Positions 1 through 11,054 are shown, counted from the first letter of the stretch. The stretch is DNA of 64,000 bases from an uncultured delta proteobacterium (GCA_963822965.1 CAWGJT010000007.1:45865-109864); one strand, 5' to 3'. A program made the numbers and translations. The notes: a model not told the origin generated them from the letters alone.

Positions 1-2
1 CT

Positions 3-314
3 TGGGCGACGCCATCTCATGAGGGCAAGGCACCGAAGGAGCTCTCGACCCGCGCGGATGACCTCGATCTCTCGCTCTCGTCCCACAAATCCCACGCTTC
101 GAAGAAGCCTGCGAAATCCCACGCTTCGAAGAAGCCTGCGAAGAGCCACACCAAAAAGGTGCGGGTAGCCACGGAGCGGGTAGACATCCAGGAGCTCGGG
201 GGCGAGTCCACCGGTCCGAGCGTCGCGTCGGCGGTTCCCGAACCCTCCGCGCTGCTTCTCTTCGGCGTCGGATGCCTCGTCGCGCGGCGCGCGATCTTCC
301 GCGCTCGGCGGTAG
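3..314 (+). CDS. PEP-CTERM sorting-domain protein, 3' part (start lies before the window)
   Basis: Frame from nt 3 reads ...KSHASKKPAKSHASKKPAK...VPEPSALLLFGVGCLVARRAIFRARR*: VPEP motif, TM helix and basic tail. Not in the ORF track. Confidence 0.85.
   Translation, partial: WATPSHEGKAPKELSTRADDLDLSLSSHKSHASKKPAKSHASKKPAKSHTKKVRVATERVDIQELGGESTGPSVASAVPEPSALLLFGVGCLVARRAIFRARR
87..140 (+). repeat. 27-bp tandem repeat x2 (KSHASKKPA)
   Basis: aaatcccacgcttcgaagaagcctgcg at 87-113 and 114-140. Confidence 0.9.
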
Positions 315-590
315 TGGCGTCTCCATCCTGGCCGCCCAGTGAGCCCGCGAACGAGTGACCGGGAGAGCTGCGAGCAGATCGCGAGTGCTTGCGGCGAATC
401 CCGGCCTCCTCGTGGACCGGCTGGACGAAGGGTGTGAGTTCGTCCGGCTCGAGGCGTCTTCGCGTCGGCTTCTTGGGATCGGCCGATTGAATTGGCGTCC
501 GGGAGACGCCGCTCGATCGGCGCGATCGAACCTAGCGACTCACCATCTTCCTCCGACCCCCTCGGCCGGATGGATCGAGGAGACACCACC

Positions 591-1703
591 ATGTCAGGTT
601 TCATCGCCTGGAAGGGCCTGGGCACGATCGCAACGTGGGCCGCGAGCCGCATCGCCAACCGGCGGAGCCACGCACTCGCCCTCGCGGCCGTGCTGGCCAT
701 CGTCAGCGCAGCCTGGTCGGGTCCCGCGACCGCAGCGCAGGCACCCGACGCCTGGATCACCACCAAGGTCAAGATGGCCCTGCTCGTCGCGAACGACGTG
801 CCCGCAACCGCCGTACGCGTCGACACGACCAATGGCATGGTCACGCTGTACGGAACCGTCTCGAGCGCCGACGAGAAGGCTGGAGCCGAGCAAGCTGCCC
901 GGGGTGTCGAGGGCGTGCAGGAGGTTCGCGACCTGCTGCAGGTCGTGGAGCGGCCCCGCCAGCGCGAGATGGCCGTGGCCGACAAGGCGCTCGCCGCAGA
1001 AGTCCAGAAGCGGCTCGACGCGGATCCCGCCCTGCGGAACAGCAAGATCGAGGTGAAGTCGGCAAACCGCGGCGTGGTGCTGCTGGACGGGGAGGCGAGA
1101 ACGCTGAGCGCGCACCTGCAGGCACTCGAGGTAGCGCGCGCTACCTCCGGCGTGAAGCGCGTCGCCAGCGAGATCAACAGTCCGGACACCCTGGCCGACG
1201 ACGAGATCTGGCGCGACGCAAAGAGCGACTCCGGGAATCCCGCCATGGCGGCGGCGAAGGACGCCTGGATCACCACGGCATCGAAGATCCGGCTCATGGC
1301 CGACCCGGCCACCCCGTCGCGCGACATCAACGTCGATACGCTGGCTGGCGTCGTGACGCTCTTCGGCACCGTACCCACCGAGGCCGCGCGGCACGCGGCG
1401 GAGATGGAGGTCGGGAAGGTCGACGGTGTGAAGAGCGTCGAAAACGATCTCCAGGTCGTGCCGCAGGTGTCGGCTGCCGCTGTCGAAGACCAGGACGAGC
1501 GAGCGAAGGATGCCATCGAGAAGCAGCTGAAGTCGCGTGAGGATCTCTCCGACGCGAGCATCGACGTGGAGGTGGCGAACGGCGTCGCCCGCCTCACCGG
1601 GACGGTCCGAAGTCAGGCCGATCGGTTGGCCGCGCTCACGCTCGCCCGGACCACGGACGGAGTGCGTTCGGTGACCGGCGATCTCACGGTGAAGAGCCAG
1701 TAG
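591..1703 (+). CDS. multi-BON-domain (OsmY-like) periplasmic protein, four BON domains
   Basis: Repeated DAWITTKVK...V.V.T.NG.VTL.G.V motifs; GAGGAG RBS before ATG 591. Confidence 0.9.
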   Translation: MSGFIAWKGLGTIATWAASRIANRRSHALALAAVLAIVSAAWSGPATAAQAPDAWITTKVKMALLVANDVPATAVRVDTTNGMVTLYGTVSSADEKAGAEQAARGVEGVQEVRDLLQVVERPRQREMAVADKALAAEVQKRLDADPALRNSKIEVKSANRGVVLLDGEARTLSAHLQALEVARATSGVKRVASEINSPDTLADDEIWRDAKSDSGNPAMAAAKDAWITTASKIRLMADPATPSRDINVDTLAGVVTLFGTVPTEAARHAAEMEVGKVDGVKSVENDLQVVPQVSAAAVEDQDERAKDAIEKQLKSREDLSDASIDVEVANGVARLTGTVRSQADRLAALTLARTTDGVRSVTGDLTVKSQ

Positions 1704-1833
1704 CCGGGGCCCGCCGGGAAGTCAGGCACATCCTCTGGAAGCGTTCTGGAAGCTCATCGACTGGTCGGACGTCGCCAAGCGCTTCTCGAGCGTACGCACC
1801 CTCGATCGGGTGCTGTAGAGGAGCGGACAAGGG

Positions 1834-3771
1834 ATGATGGCCTCGGAGACGATGAGTCCGGAGCCCCGCAGGGCGGCATGGTCGGCGGATGCGGGATGGC
1901 TCTCGCGGGTGGGGCCCTGGACGGACGACCGTCCCGATCCCGCGCATTGGCTCCCGACGATGGGTCTCGAGAGCGCGCTTCAGAAGGTCAAGAAGGCGCT
2001 GCGCGCGGGGTTCGATCCGATCGTCGTATCCGGCCCCGCAGGCCACGGGAAGACGCTGTTGTTGCGCTCCCTGCGGACCCGACCGCCGGGCGGTCTCGCG
2101 CCGATCTTCGTTCCCTTTTCGAACGTCGGGCCCGACGAGCTCGCGGCTTGGATTCTCGAGGCGGCCCGCCAGCCTCTCGATCGAGCCCCCGCCGCTCGCT
2201 TGGTGCGCCTGCTGCGAGCCAATGCGCGGTTCAGCGGGGGCGCGCTGCTGTTGATGGACGAGGTGCAGGCGACGCCGTACGCGACGCTCTCGAAGCTGTT
2301 CGAAATCATCGGCGAGTCGGATGGAGCGGTTTCGGTGGTTCTGGCGGGTCTTCCAGGCGAGGCGCTGGATCTGGCGCTCACGGCCGTTCCGTACCCGATT
2401 CGGGAGGTCGAGGTCTCCGAGCCGTGGAGCCGAGCTGATGTGGTGCTGCTCCTCACCCAGGTCGCGCGCGCGCTGCGGGTCGCCCCGTCCGGTTTGATCG
2501 CAGCGATCGACGTGGACGCCGCACTCAGCGACGGCGCGGGAAATCCGCGACTCGTGCGCGCCGCGCTCGCGGCGCGGCTCCACGCCGCCGAGCTTGCCCG
2601 CGAACGCATCCCGCGCGTCGTCCCGTTCGCACGCGCGCAGCCGCCCGCGCGCCTCGCGGCGCCCGCGCCCCTCGACTGCACGCCTCGGGGCACTGCGACT
2701 CCGATCCCGTCGGCGCAGGTTCCGGCGGCGGCGCGGTCCCAGCGGACCCCGTCGCCGGTACGTCGCGAGCAGCGAGCCAGGGCGGCCCTCCCCGCGAGAT
2801 CGCGGGCCTGGCGAACGAAGCGCGGTCGGGAGTGGATCGCGGCGTCGTGGCGACGCGCCATGCAGGTGTTCGTGCCCGCGAGCATCCGCCTCCGGCGGAG
2901 CACGGCAAAGCGAGCGCGTGGCGTGCGAGCCTGGCTCGACGGTGCGGCATGGCGCGCGCACGTTGCGTCGCAGCGAGCCGCTCGCTCGATTCGGACGCAT
3001 GGGCATCGAATGGACATCGCGGCCCGAGCGCGCACGAGCGCGGTGTCGGCCCGACTTCGATCTCGCGCGCTCGCTCACGGCGAAACCATCTGGAGGCGTG
3101 CCAGAGGTCGTGCCCGTCAGGCGCGCGCGATCCCTGGCGCGATCGCGGCGCTGGCCGCGCGAATCGACCGCAACGAGGAATGGAAGCGAGCCAAGAGCTC
3201 GATTCGAACGCATGGGCATCGAATGGGCATTGCGGCCCGTGTTCGTACGCGCGCGCTGTCGGCCGAATTTCGATCTCGCTCGCTCGGCTGCGGAAGGGCC
3301 GTATGGAAGGCGGCCAGAGAGTGGGTCCGGCAGGTCCAGGCGACGGCTGCCAGCGCTCGCCTCACTCTGGGTCAGGGCGTTCTTCACAAGCTCACGGCCG
3401 CGGCGCAGCCTCTCCAACGTGGTGCGCGACTTCCGCCCGTCACCGCGCGTTCCGCACTCGCGATCGCCGGCGCCATCGCGGCGCTCGCCGTGCTCGTGGC
3501 CGACGGTCGAGCGCGGGCGCCCGTGCTCACGGAGGTGTCGCAAATGGGGAACGAGGCGGTCCTCGGGACGGCCGTCGAGCCGATTCCGTTTCGCATGAAC
3601 TCGCACCCGTGGTCGACCGTCGCGATCGACGGCGTCGAGGCGGGCACCACCCCATTCACGATCCCACTCGAGCCCGGTCCCCACCACTTCCGAGTCGCGA
3701 TGGCCGACGGCCGCATCCTGGAGCAGATCTTCGTCGTCTCGACGCTGCAGGACCGCCTGGCGTTCCGCTAG
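1834..3771 (+). CDS. ExeA-like AAA ATPase with Arg/Ala-rich linker, TM segment and C-terminal PEGA-like domain
   Basis: Walker A GPAGHGKT, Walker B LLLMDEVQ, C-terminal NSHPWSTVAIDGVEAGTTPFTIPLEPGPH. Confidence 0.7.
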   Translation: MMASETMSPEPRRAAWSADAGWLSRVGPWTDDRPDPAHWLPTMGLESALQKVKKALRAGFDPIVVSGPAGHGKTLLLRSLRTRPPGGLAPIFVPFSNVGPDELAAWILEAARQPLDRAPAARLVRLLRANARFSGGALLLMDEVQATPYATLSKLFEIIGESDGAVSVVLAGLPGEALDLALTAVPYPIREVEVSEPWSRADVVLLLTQVARALRVAPSGLIAAIDVDAALSDGAGNPRLVRAALAARLHAAELARERIPRVVPFARAQPPARLAAPAPLDCTPRGTATPIPSAQVPAAARSQRTPSPVRREQRARAALPARSRAWRTKRGREWIAASWRRAMQVFVPASIRLRRSTAKRARGVRAWLDGAAWRAHVASQRAARSIRTHGHRMDIAARARTSAVSARLRSRALAHGETIWRRARGRARQARAIPGAIAALAARIDRNEEWKRAKSSIRTHGHRMGIAARVRTRALSAEFRSRSLGCGRAVWKAAREWVRQVQATAASARLTLGQGVLHKLTAAAQPLQRGARLPPVTARSALAIAGAIAALAVLVADGRARAPVLTEVSQMGNEAVLGTAVEPIPFRMNSHPWSTVAIDGVEAGTTPFTIPLEPGPHHFRVAMADGRILEQIFVVSTLQDRLAFR

Positions 3772-3799
3772 ACGTTCCGGCCGGACCGGCCTCGCTGCG

Positions 3800-4549
3800 T
3801 CACTTCGCCGATGCGCTGCCGTAGAGCACGCCGAGCCGAGGCGAGAGCCAACCCGGGGGAGGCTCGAAGCCGGGGTCGAGCACGAGCACCCGTGCGAACT
3901 GCTCGCTCGCTCGTTGCTCTTCGCCGAGACCCGCCAGCGCGCTGCCGGCGACGAAGGCAGCGCGCGCGCGCAGCTCGTTCCCGTCGGATTCCCGCTCCAG
4001 CAGCGACTCGGCCTCTTGCGAACGCTCCAGCGCGCGCTCGAAGCGGGCGTCCAGGTAGTCCTCTTCTGCTTCGATCATCAGCGCCGCGGCTCGCGTCGGC
4101 TCAGCCGGATTCTCGCTGGCAAACGGTGGCCGAGACGCGACGACGGCCGATGGGGGGAGCCGCAGGCGCTGACCGACCGCGATCCGGTCCGGATCGAGGA
4201 TGCGATTCAGCTGGCAGATCGCAGCGAGCCCTACGCGGTAGCGACTTGCGATCTCGCTCAGTGTCTCGCCCGCGCGCACGGTGTGGACGACCTGCTCGCC
4301 GCCGGAATGGAGCGGCTGCTCGTCGAGCCCGTTCCCATCGGCGCGAGGGAGCCCGTGGCTGGGACCGAGCGAGGTCTCGTTCGAGCGCACCGGGTGTGTC
4401 GACGCGGTCACACAGCCCGCGAACACGAGCAGCGCGACGGCGAGGAGAGCCACGCCGGGCCGGCGATCCCTCCACTCCAGCCTCTCGGCGCGCGCGGCCG
4501 GCGTGAACGGCTCGCCGTCGATCCCGGAGCGTTTCCCCTGGCGGGCCAT
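3800..4549 (-). CDS. LysM + TPR-like lipoprotein
   Basis: Lipobox FAGC; LysM HTVRAGETLSEIASRY...NRILDPDRIAVGQRLRLP. Confidence 0.85.
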   Translation of the reverse strand: MARQGKRSGIDGEPFTPAARAERLEWRDRRPGVALLAVALLVFAGCVTASTHPVRSNETSLGPSHGLPRADGNGLDEQPLHSGGEQVVHTVRAGETLSEIASRYRVGLAAICQLNRILDPDRIAVGQRLRLPPSAVVASRPPFASENPAEPTRAAALMIEAEEDYLDARFERALERSQEAESLLERESDGNELRARAAFVAGSALAGLGEEQRASEQFARVLVLDPGFEPPPGWLSPRLGVLYGSASAK

Positions 4550-4572
4550 GTGGAATCCTCCCCAAGCAGCGC

Positions 4573-5181
4573 CTAGGCGGCCTTTTCTGTCGGCGTGTCG
4601 AGGAACTGGCCGAGCTCCGGGATCCGATCGAGCAGGGCGCAGCGGCTGCGGTGCAAACTGACCTTGACCGCCCCATCGGATTTGCCGACCCGCCTTGCGA
4701 TCTGGCGGATCGAATCGCTCTCGCGATAGCGAAGGTGGAAGATCCTCTGGTGCGCCGGTCGTTGCGTTTTCGAAAGGATCTCCTCGCAGCGGCGCAGCGC
4801 ACGCACGGCATCGATTCGACGCTCGGTCCCGGCTTCCAAGGGGATGTCATCCTGCATCCTCGATGCGAGCGGCGACTCGCGCCTGCGCGTGCAGGTGCGG
4901 TAGTGGTACGACACCACGTTGTGCGCGATCCCGAGAATCCAGCACGACAGGCTCGACCGGCCGCCAAAGCTCTTCAGTGACCTGTGGACCTGCAAGAAGA
5001 CCTCCTGGGAGAGGTCCTCGGCCAGCGACGGGTCGCCCACCCGCTTCAGCGTATACGCGTACACGCTGGTCGAGTAGAGCCTGTAAAGGGCGCTGAATCC
5101 GGCTTCATCGCCGCTCAGCGCCGCGTCGAGGATTCCTCGCTCACGAGCCGGGTCGACCGGATTGGCGCGCGCGCTCCGCAT
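4573..5181 (-). CDS. ECF-type RNA polymerase sigma-70 factor
   Basis: Region 2 AEDLSQEVFLQVHRSL...WILGIAHN; region 4 SIRQIARRVGKSDGAVKVSLHR. Confidence 0.9.
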   Translation of the reverse strand: MRSARANPVDPARERGILDAALSGDEAGFSALYRLYSTSVYAYTLKRVGDPSLAEDLSQEVFLQVHRSLKSFGGRSSLSCWILGIAHNVVSYHYRTCTRRRESPLASRMQDDIPLEAGTERRIDAVRALRRCEEILSKTQRPAHQRIFHLRYRESDSIRQIARRVGKSDGAVKVSLHRSRCALLDRIPELGQFLDTPTEKAA

Positions 5182-5426
5182 CTCTCACCTCCTTCTTCGA
5201 CCCAGCCGGACGGTACGTCCAGGGGGTTGCAGCTCGGAGATCTGCCGTCGGATGCTCGCGTGTCGGCAGCGTATGTGTATCCCCGCTTCCAGGGATATTC
5301 CGTTCCTGAAGTGTCGATTTGCGTACTGACTCCACGTCCACGGAACGGTCGGGTTTCGGTGCCGCGGGAATGGCTGCGGCCGATCGGCGGAGCCCCGGCC
5401 GCACAGGCGCTAGCCTCTGCGAAGGC

Positions 5427-6698
5427 ATGACCAGGACATCGACGGAGTGGTTCCGGACGCGGCGCCGGTGGGTTCGCTGGGCACTCGGGACGTGCGCGGT
5501 GCTCGCCGTGATCGGCGCTGCCACATGGTTCGCAACGCCGTGGTACGTCCGCACCAGGGTCCTGCCGCGTCTGTGGGCGCAATATGGTTTGACGGTGACG
5601 GCCGAGCGCGAGGACTTGTCCATCGTCGAGGGCGCTGCAGAGCTTCACGGCGCGCGGGTCTTCGACGGCGAAGAGGAGATTCTGACCGCCAAGCGCATCA
5701 AGGTGCGCGTCTCGCTTCGCGGGCTCTACGAGGGACGCACCGTCTTCGAAGGCATCGTTCTCGACGATCCAGTACTCCACCTGCGCCTCGGAGCCGATGG
5801 GCGCACGAACGTCGGAAAGATCCTCGCGCGGACGAGTGGCAGCGAGGCGGCGCCGCGGCCGGCGACCCTGTGGAAAGAGGTCGTCGTACACGGGGGCACG
5901 CTCGAGTGGAACGATCCCACGCGCGGAGTGTCGATCCACATCCTCGACGTCGAGGCCACTGTCCTCGACATGCAGACGGGCAGTGGAGAGCGGTCGGACC
6001 TGCTCGGGCAGATCACCGTCGATGCGAAGCTCGAGCAGCCCGGTTGCGAGCCCGCACTGCTGTCGATCGTCCACTGGACGACGTCCTCCGGGAACGCGGG
6101 GCCCAGCTTCGTCGCCCACGCCGCCCTGACCGGAATCGACCTCGACTCCTTTCCCATCTACGCCGACGCAATCCAGCGAGCCAGTCTGGCTGTGGACCAC
6201 CTCGACCTGGTCGTCTCGATGGACGTTCGCGATGGGGTCATCCGCCGTGGCGCAGCGATTGCGGTATCTCCCGAGCGCAAGAGGCCTCTCACGCTGCTCT
6301 TCGGGGGTCCGTTGGGCGATCCCGTGTTCGATCGCTCGAGCAAGCTCGTGGCGCTCTGGGAGCTTCCTTTCGCGCGGCTCGGTCGTGTCGGCGATGTCGT
6401 CTGGGAGACAGGGGGCGGGGTCGTTGGAGGGGTCATCGGTATCATCGATGGCGTCGTTCACGGCGACCTGCTCGGCGCGGGGAGGTCGGCGGTCGAGGGC
6501 GTGGGCGGCGGCGTTCTGGCGCTCGGTAGCAACGCGCTCGATGCGCTCGAGGACCTCGGCCGCGCACTGGGACTCGTCGCGCAAGCGAAAGCACACGATA
6601 CCGTGTCGATTCACGAGCGCTATCGAGCACAGTTCCTCGCCGCGCGCGCCGAAGCCACTCGAGCATGGTCCCGAGGACACTCCGAACCGGGCGCCTAG
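5427..6698 (+). CDS. AsmA/DUF748-like membrane-anchored protein
   Basis: N-terminal TM helix followed by beta-rich region (IVLDDPVLHLRLGADGRTN). Confidence 0.6.
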   Translation: MTRTSTEWFRTRRRWVRWALGTCAVLAVIGAATWFATPWYVRTRVLPRLWAQYGLTVTAEREDLSIVEGAAELHGARVFDGEEEILTAKRIKVRVSLRGLYEGRTVFEGIVLDDPVLHLRLGADGRTNVGKILARTSGSEAAPRPATLWKEVVVHGGTLEWNDPTRGVSIHILDVEATVLDMQTGSGERSDLLGQITVDAKLEQPGCEPALLSIVHWTTSSGNAGPSFVAHAALTGIDLDSFPIYADAIQRASLAVDHLDLVVSMDVRDGVIRRGAAIAVSPERKRPLTLLFGGPLGDPVFDRSSKLVALWELPFARLGRVGDVVWETGGGVVGGVIGIIDGVVHGDLLGAGRSAVEGVGGGVLALGSNALDALEDLGRALGLVAQAKAHDTVSIHERYRAQFLAARAEATRAWSRGHSEPGA

Positions 6699-6729
6699 AG
6701 GTCCGGCCGGAAAGCGCGACCTTGCATTC

Positions 6730-6828
6730 GAGCGCCCCCGCGGCGCCCTGGCTGCGTTCCGCTCCCGTCGCCGTAGCTTCGGCTACGCCTCGGTCGCGCG
6801 CCTTGCCAGGACGCCGCGGATGACGCTC
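6730..6828. repeat. ~100-bp imperfect palindromic (REP/MITE-like) element
   Basis: Arms gagcg..ccgcggcgccctggc / gccaggacgccgcgg..cgctc with central hairpin cgtagc-ttcg-gctacg. Confidence 0.65.
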
Positions 6829-7167
6829 TCGGTGCCGCGGTACACTTTCCGCCCGGGCCTCTAGCCCTGATCCGTCGTACGGATCCGGGCGCCTCGCCTC
6901 GCCATGCTCGTTCTGCCGAGCTTCGAGCAGAACATTCACCCTCCTGACGCTCGAATCCATGCCTTCGGAGCCCGATCTACTGGGATCTGGGAATATTCGG
7001 GCTCTTCCCTACCAGGCTAGGGTGAGTTCCGACCTGGAGGCCCGAGGGGACCGCTTCCTTCGAGTCGCCGCGGGCGGAGTTCCGCACCCCCGGTCGCTTG
7101 TTCTTGCGCACGCTCGAAATCGATCGAGCAGGAACCGCTCGCCCATCGGGTCGAGCAAGGAGAGCAC

Positions 7168-7489
7168 ATGAAGAGGATTGGGGCTGCGAGCGCGCTCTTG
7201 ATCGGCGTCATCAGCGTCTCGGGGTGCATGATCGTCGATACGCCGGTCATGGGCGTGCTGGGTAGCCGGGTCCGATGGGGCGAGTTCGCCCAGGGAGACG
7301 ACAAGGCCCGGTCAGAAAGAGGGAAAGGCCTGCATGGGAACCATTCTGGGCCTGATCGCCAAGGGTGATGCCAGCGTCAGGGCCGCGAAGATCGACGGAG
7401 GAATCACCGAGGTCTCCGTCGTCGATCACTCCGCAAGGAACTTTCTGAACATCGTGGGGGAGTACTGCACGGTGGTCAGAGGAACCTGA
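7168..7489 (+). CDS. TRL-like family small lipoprotein (1-nt frameshift near 7310)
   Basis: Lipobox VSGC; second frame continues KEGKACMGTILGLIAKGDASVRAAKIDGGITEVSVVDHSARNFLNIVGEYCTVVRGT*. Confidence 0.75.
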
Positions 7490-7534
7490 CCGTCCGTGCC
7501 CGCGGCGGGGTCGCTGGACCCCATCACGCCCCCA

Positions 7535-8327
7535 TCACGCCATGGAGCGGCGCCCGCTGCCTTTCCGGCAGACCAGCAGGATTTCGTCGACGCCATCGCA
7601 GGCGATCATGCCGGACCGGAGCGCGAGCTTCTTCTGGAAGCGGACGCCTAGAGGCATCAGCACCCGGTTGTACCACCACATCGCCTTCTCCCGCCGGTGC
7701 AGCAGAAACCACATCCCGAGATCGACCAGGTGCGACGATCTCGGCTGCATCCCGTAGGCGGCACTCCGCTCCACCGAGAAGTCGTGCTCCGCGAGCTTGT
7801 CGAGCAAGCTGCTCCGGCTCGTAGCGGCGCTGGTGACCGACCAACTCGTCGAACGCATTCCAACGCGACGGGTGGAGGGGCACCGAGAGAAGCAGCGCCG
7901 CTCCCGGCGCGGCCACGCGAGACAGCTCCGCCAGCGCTCCATCCCCGTCGTCGACGTGTTCGACGATGTCGAGGGCGCACACGAGCTCGAAGGCGCCATC
8001 GGGAAAGGGAATCGACGTCACGAGGCCGAGGACGGCGTTCGCGCCGCGCTGTCGTAGCTTCACGAGCGCCGGCGCACTGACGTCGACGAAGTGCGTGCCT
8101 TCGATCGGAAGGCGTGGTCTCAGCCCCGGGCCGACTTCGAGCCGGCGCTGTCCCTGCGCGGCGATGGACCCCACCAGCGGCCACGTGTTGAAGCGCTCCG
8201 GCTCGACCAGCCGCGCGTCCCTCCACAGCGCATCATAGAACCGACGGTTCGCGTTCAGGTCTTCCGGAGCGGCTCCCTCCCGCGGCGCCCTTTCTTCGTC
8301 AGCCCGTGCGGACGCAAGGCTTGCCAT
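7535..8327 (-). CDS. class I SAM-dependent methyltransferase (frameshift near 7805)
   Basis: LEVGPG motif and IPFPDGAFELVCALDIVEHV; C-terminus lies in ORF 7535..7999. Confidence 0.8.
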
Positions 8328-9136
8328 CAGCGTGCCGCAGGCTCAGCAGTTCGGACACCGTCACGCATTGCAGCCCTTCTTCGCGTAGGCCTCGCAGGAT
8401 CGTCGGTACGGCCTGCGCGCAAGCGGGTCGATGTTGCCCGGGCCGGTCGTGTCCGTCGTGCATCAGCACGATGTCTCCCGGCCGGATCCTCTTCAGCACG
8501 GATCTGCGCGATCCGCTTCGGATCGGCGCTGTGCGTGTCATGGCTGTGCAGCGACCAGGCCACCAGGGTCAGCTCGCGCCGAGATGCGACCCGCGCCAGC
8601 TGCGGGCTCTTGAGGCCGATCGGAGGCCGATACAGGGGCCTTGCCTGGCTTCCGGTCACCGCCGCGATCGCCTGCTCGCCGCGCTCGATCTCCCGGGTAT
8701 GTCCGGCTGCGCCGAAGAAATTCTGCCAGCGCGAGTGTCTCCAGGAGTGATTTCCCAGCTCATGCCCTTCCGCAACCACGCGTCGAGCCAGCTGTGGATG
8801 CTTCTCGAGAGATCGGCCGATACTGAAGAAGGTCGCGGACGCCTCGTGCCGTGCCAGCGAGTCCAGAACTGCCGGTGTCACCTCGGGATCCGGTCCGTCG
8901 TCGAAAGTCAGCGCCACGCGTCTTCTGTCGCGCGGTCCCCGCGTCACGGTCGGGTAGAAGACCGTGGAGCCCGGTCGCGCGACGCCGTCGGCAAGCAGCG
9001 CGAGGAACCCTGCGGAAGGGATTCCCAGGGTGAATGCCGAGAACCCGTAAGCGCCCACGGCGCCGGCGGTCACGGCGGCGTAGGCGAAGGCCAGGGTCTC
9101 GGCGCGGGTGAAGGTCAGCAAGGCTGCGCCATCCAT
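8299..9136 (-). CDS. polysaccharide deacetylase (NodB family; frameshift near 8510)
   Basis: TFDDGP, GHELGNHSWRH and YRPPIG motifs; GDIVLMHD in the shifted frame. Confidence 0.85.
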
Positions 9137-9157
9137 GCGCTCATGCGCCGGCTCGGC

Positions 9158-9904
9158 TCATGCCGACGTCCGCCATGCCGCCCGCCGTCGCAGGAGCCCC
9201 GGTGCGCGCGAGAGCATTCCGATCGCGAGGCGCGTGTAGAGCCACGTGAGTCGCAGGTCGTCCCAGATCACATCGAAGTGCGAGACTCCACCCGGGAAGT
9301 AGCGAACCCGTGTCGCCACGTTCAAAACGGGCACGCCCATCCAGACGAGCCGGACCGCCAGCTCGGGCTCGAAGTCCATCCGTCGGCCCATCGACACATG
9401 ATCGATCAGGGATAGGACGGGCCCGAGCGGAACGCATCGGAAGCCACACAGGGGGTCGCGCACGGCTCGCGAGAGGGTCGCGAGCCACACCAGGCCCACC
9501 GAGAGCTTTCGGCCGTAGAGGCGACTCCGCGGGACGTCGTCGCCGAAGATCGGCTGGCCGAGTACGAGCGAGTTGGGGTTGGCCTGCGCCTCGGCGACGA
9601 AGCGCCGCACATCGGTGGGGTCGTGCTGAGCATCGGCATCCAGCTGGATCGCGTGGGTGAAGCCGCGCTCTGCCGCCGCGCGGTAACCCGTCACGAGCGC
9701 CGCGCCCTTGCCCTGGTTGACCGCGTGGCAGCGGATGTCGACCCACGCGAAGTCGCGGGCGATGCGATCGAGCGTCGCGCACGTGGTCGGGCCACTGCCA
9801 TCGTTCACGATCAGGAGCGGGAGGTCTGCGCTTGCGAGCGACTCGACGACGCGAAGGATGGTCGAGCCGTGGTCGTAGATCGGGATGAGGAGACAGGGGT
9901 TCAT
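9158..9904 (-). CDS. glycosyltransferase family 2
   Basis: LLIPIYDH, VNDGS, NQGKGAAL, LDADAQH, DPLCGFR motifs. Confidence 0.9.
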   Translation of the reverse strand: MNPCLLIPIYDHGSTILRVVESLASADLPLLIVNDGSGPTTCATLDRIARDFAWVDIRCHAVNQGKGAALVTGYRAAAERGFTHAIQLDADAQHDPTDVRRFVAEAQANPNSLVLGQPIFGDDVPRSRLYGRKLSVGLVWLATLSRAVRDPLCGFRCVPLGPVLSLIDHVSMGRRMDFEPELAVRLVWMGVPVLNVATRVRYFPGGVSHFDVIWDDLRLTWLYTRLAIGMLSRAPGLLRRRAAWRTSA

Positions 9905-10538
9905 GCGTCCCGTCCCGGTGTCCCGGGCGGCCATTCGAGTCTGGTTGAGTCCTTGTCGCCAGAGGGGAAGGCCTGGGCTCCGTACGCCCCGCGACGGCCG
10001 CGACGACGCTTCGAGCGATCGGCGCGAGCCTCGCCAGATCCCGCGAGCGCGACGCCCAGAGCCGACCGTCTGCGTCTGGATGGGGACCTGCACTTGGACG
10101 GCCTTCGCGAGGAAGATCGCGATCGAGCAGAGCAGAAGCGTGCAGAGCAGGACGAACATAGGACATCTCTCGTCCCCTTCAGCCTTCGGAGAAGGGCCAA
10201 GGAGATGCAGGAAGACCATTCTAAACCCACTGGAAGTGGTTGGATATCCCCGATTCCGTTGGGATCAGCCGGCCAGAAATGTGGATTCGCCGCCAGGGCG
10301 GGGACCTTCGATCCGGCTGGCCTCGAGGCAACGGGTACTCGCGGCCAGCCAGCTTGCCAGCCCGCACCGCGTCAGCCCGATCCCGTTCCGCAGGGAGCCA
10401 GGGTGGGTCCCGCGGTCGAAAACACCTGTTTCGGGCGATGGCTTTTGCCCGGATCCGGGGATGGTCCAGCGAGCGCCCTCTCCGCCACCCTCCCACCCGG
10501 AAAGCCAAGGAGCTTCTCAGGAGTTCTCAGGAGTAGGA

Positions 10539-11054
10539 ATGATGAGAGAGACGACAGGACGCCGTGACCCCGTCTCGCCCCGGGCGCGCCCTCGGGCTCG
10601 ATCCCGACTTCACGGAACGCGCATCCTGTATGTGGATGACGAGGTCATGCTGCGGCGCGCAGTCACACGCGTGCTGCGCGGCGCGGGTGCGGTTGCCGTC
10701 TGCGCGGGTACGCACGACCAGGCCATCATGCTGCTCGCCTTCGAACCCCTGCTCGACCTGGCGATTCTCGACTTCCACATGCCCGACGGCGATGTGGGCA
10801 ACCTGGTGCGCCGCTTGCTCATGCAGCGGCCGGACCTGACCGTGGTCGGGACGAGTGCGTTGGATCGGCGCTCCGAGTTCGCTGCGCGCGGGATCGACAC
10901 TTTTCTCCCCAAGCCCTGGTCTCTCCACGACCTGCTTCTCGCCACAGGTTCGCGGCGCCGCCCGGCCGGCCTCCGTGAGCCGAAATTCCCAGACTCGCCT
11001 CGCTCAGTCCCGGCGTCCGGGGATGGGCTCCCCGCCGCAACCCGTCAGACCTGA
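10539..11054 (+). CDS. single-domain response regulator (receiver)
   Basis: ILYVDDE, AILDFHMPD, FLPKPW motifs. Confidence 0.85.
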   Translation: MMRETTGRRDPVSPRARPRARSRLHGTRILYVDDEVMLRRAVTRVLRGAGAVAVCAGTHDQAIMLLAFEPLLDLAILDFHMPDGDVGNLVRRLLMQRPDLTVVGTSALDRRSEFAARGIDTFLPKPWSLHDLLLATGSRRRPAGLREPKFPDSPRSVPASGDGLPAATRQT

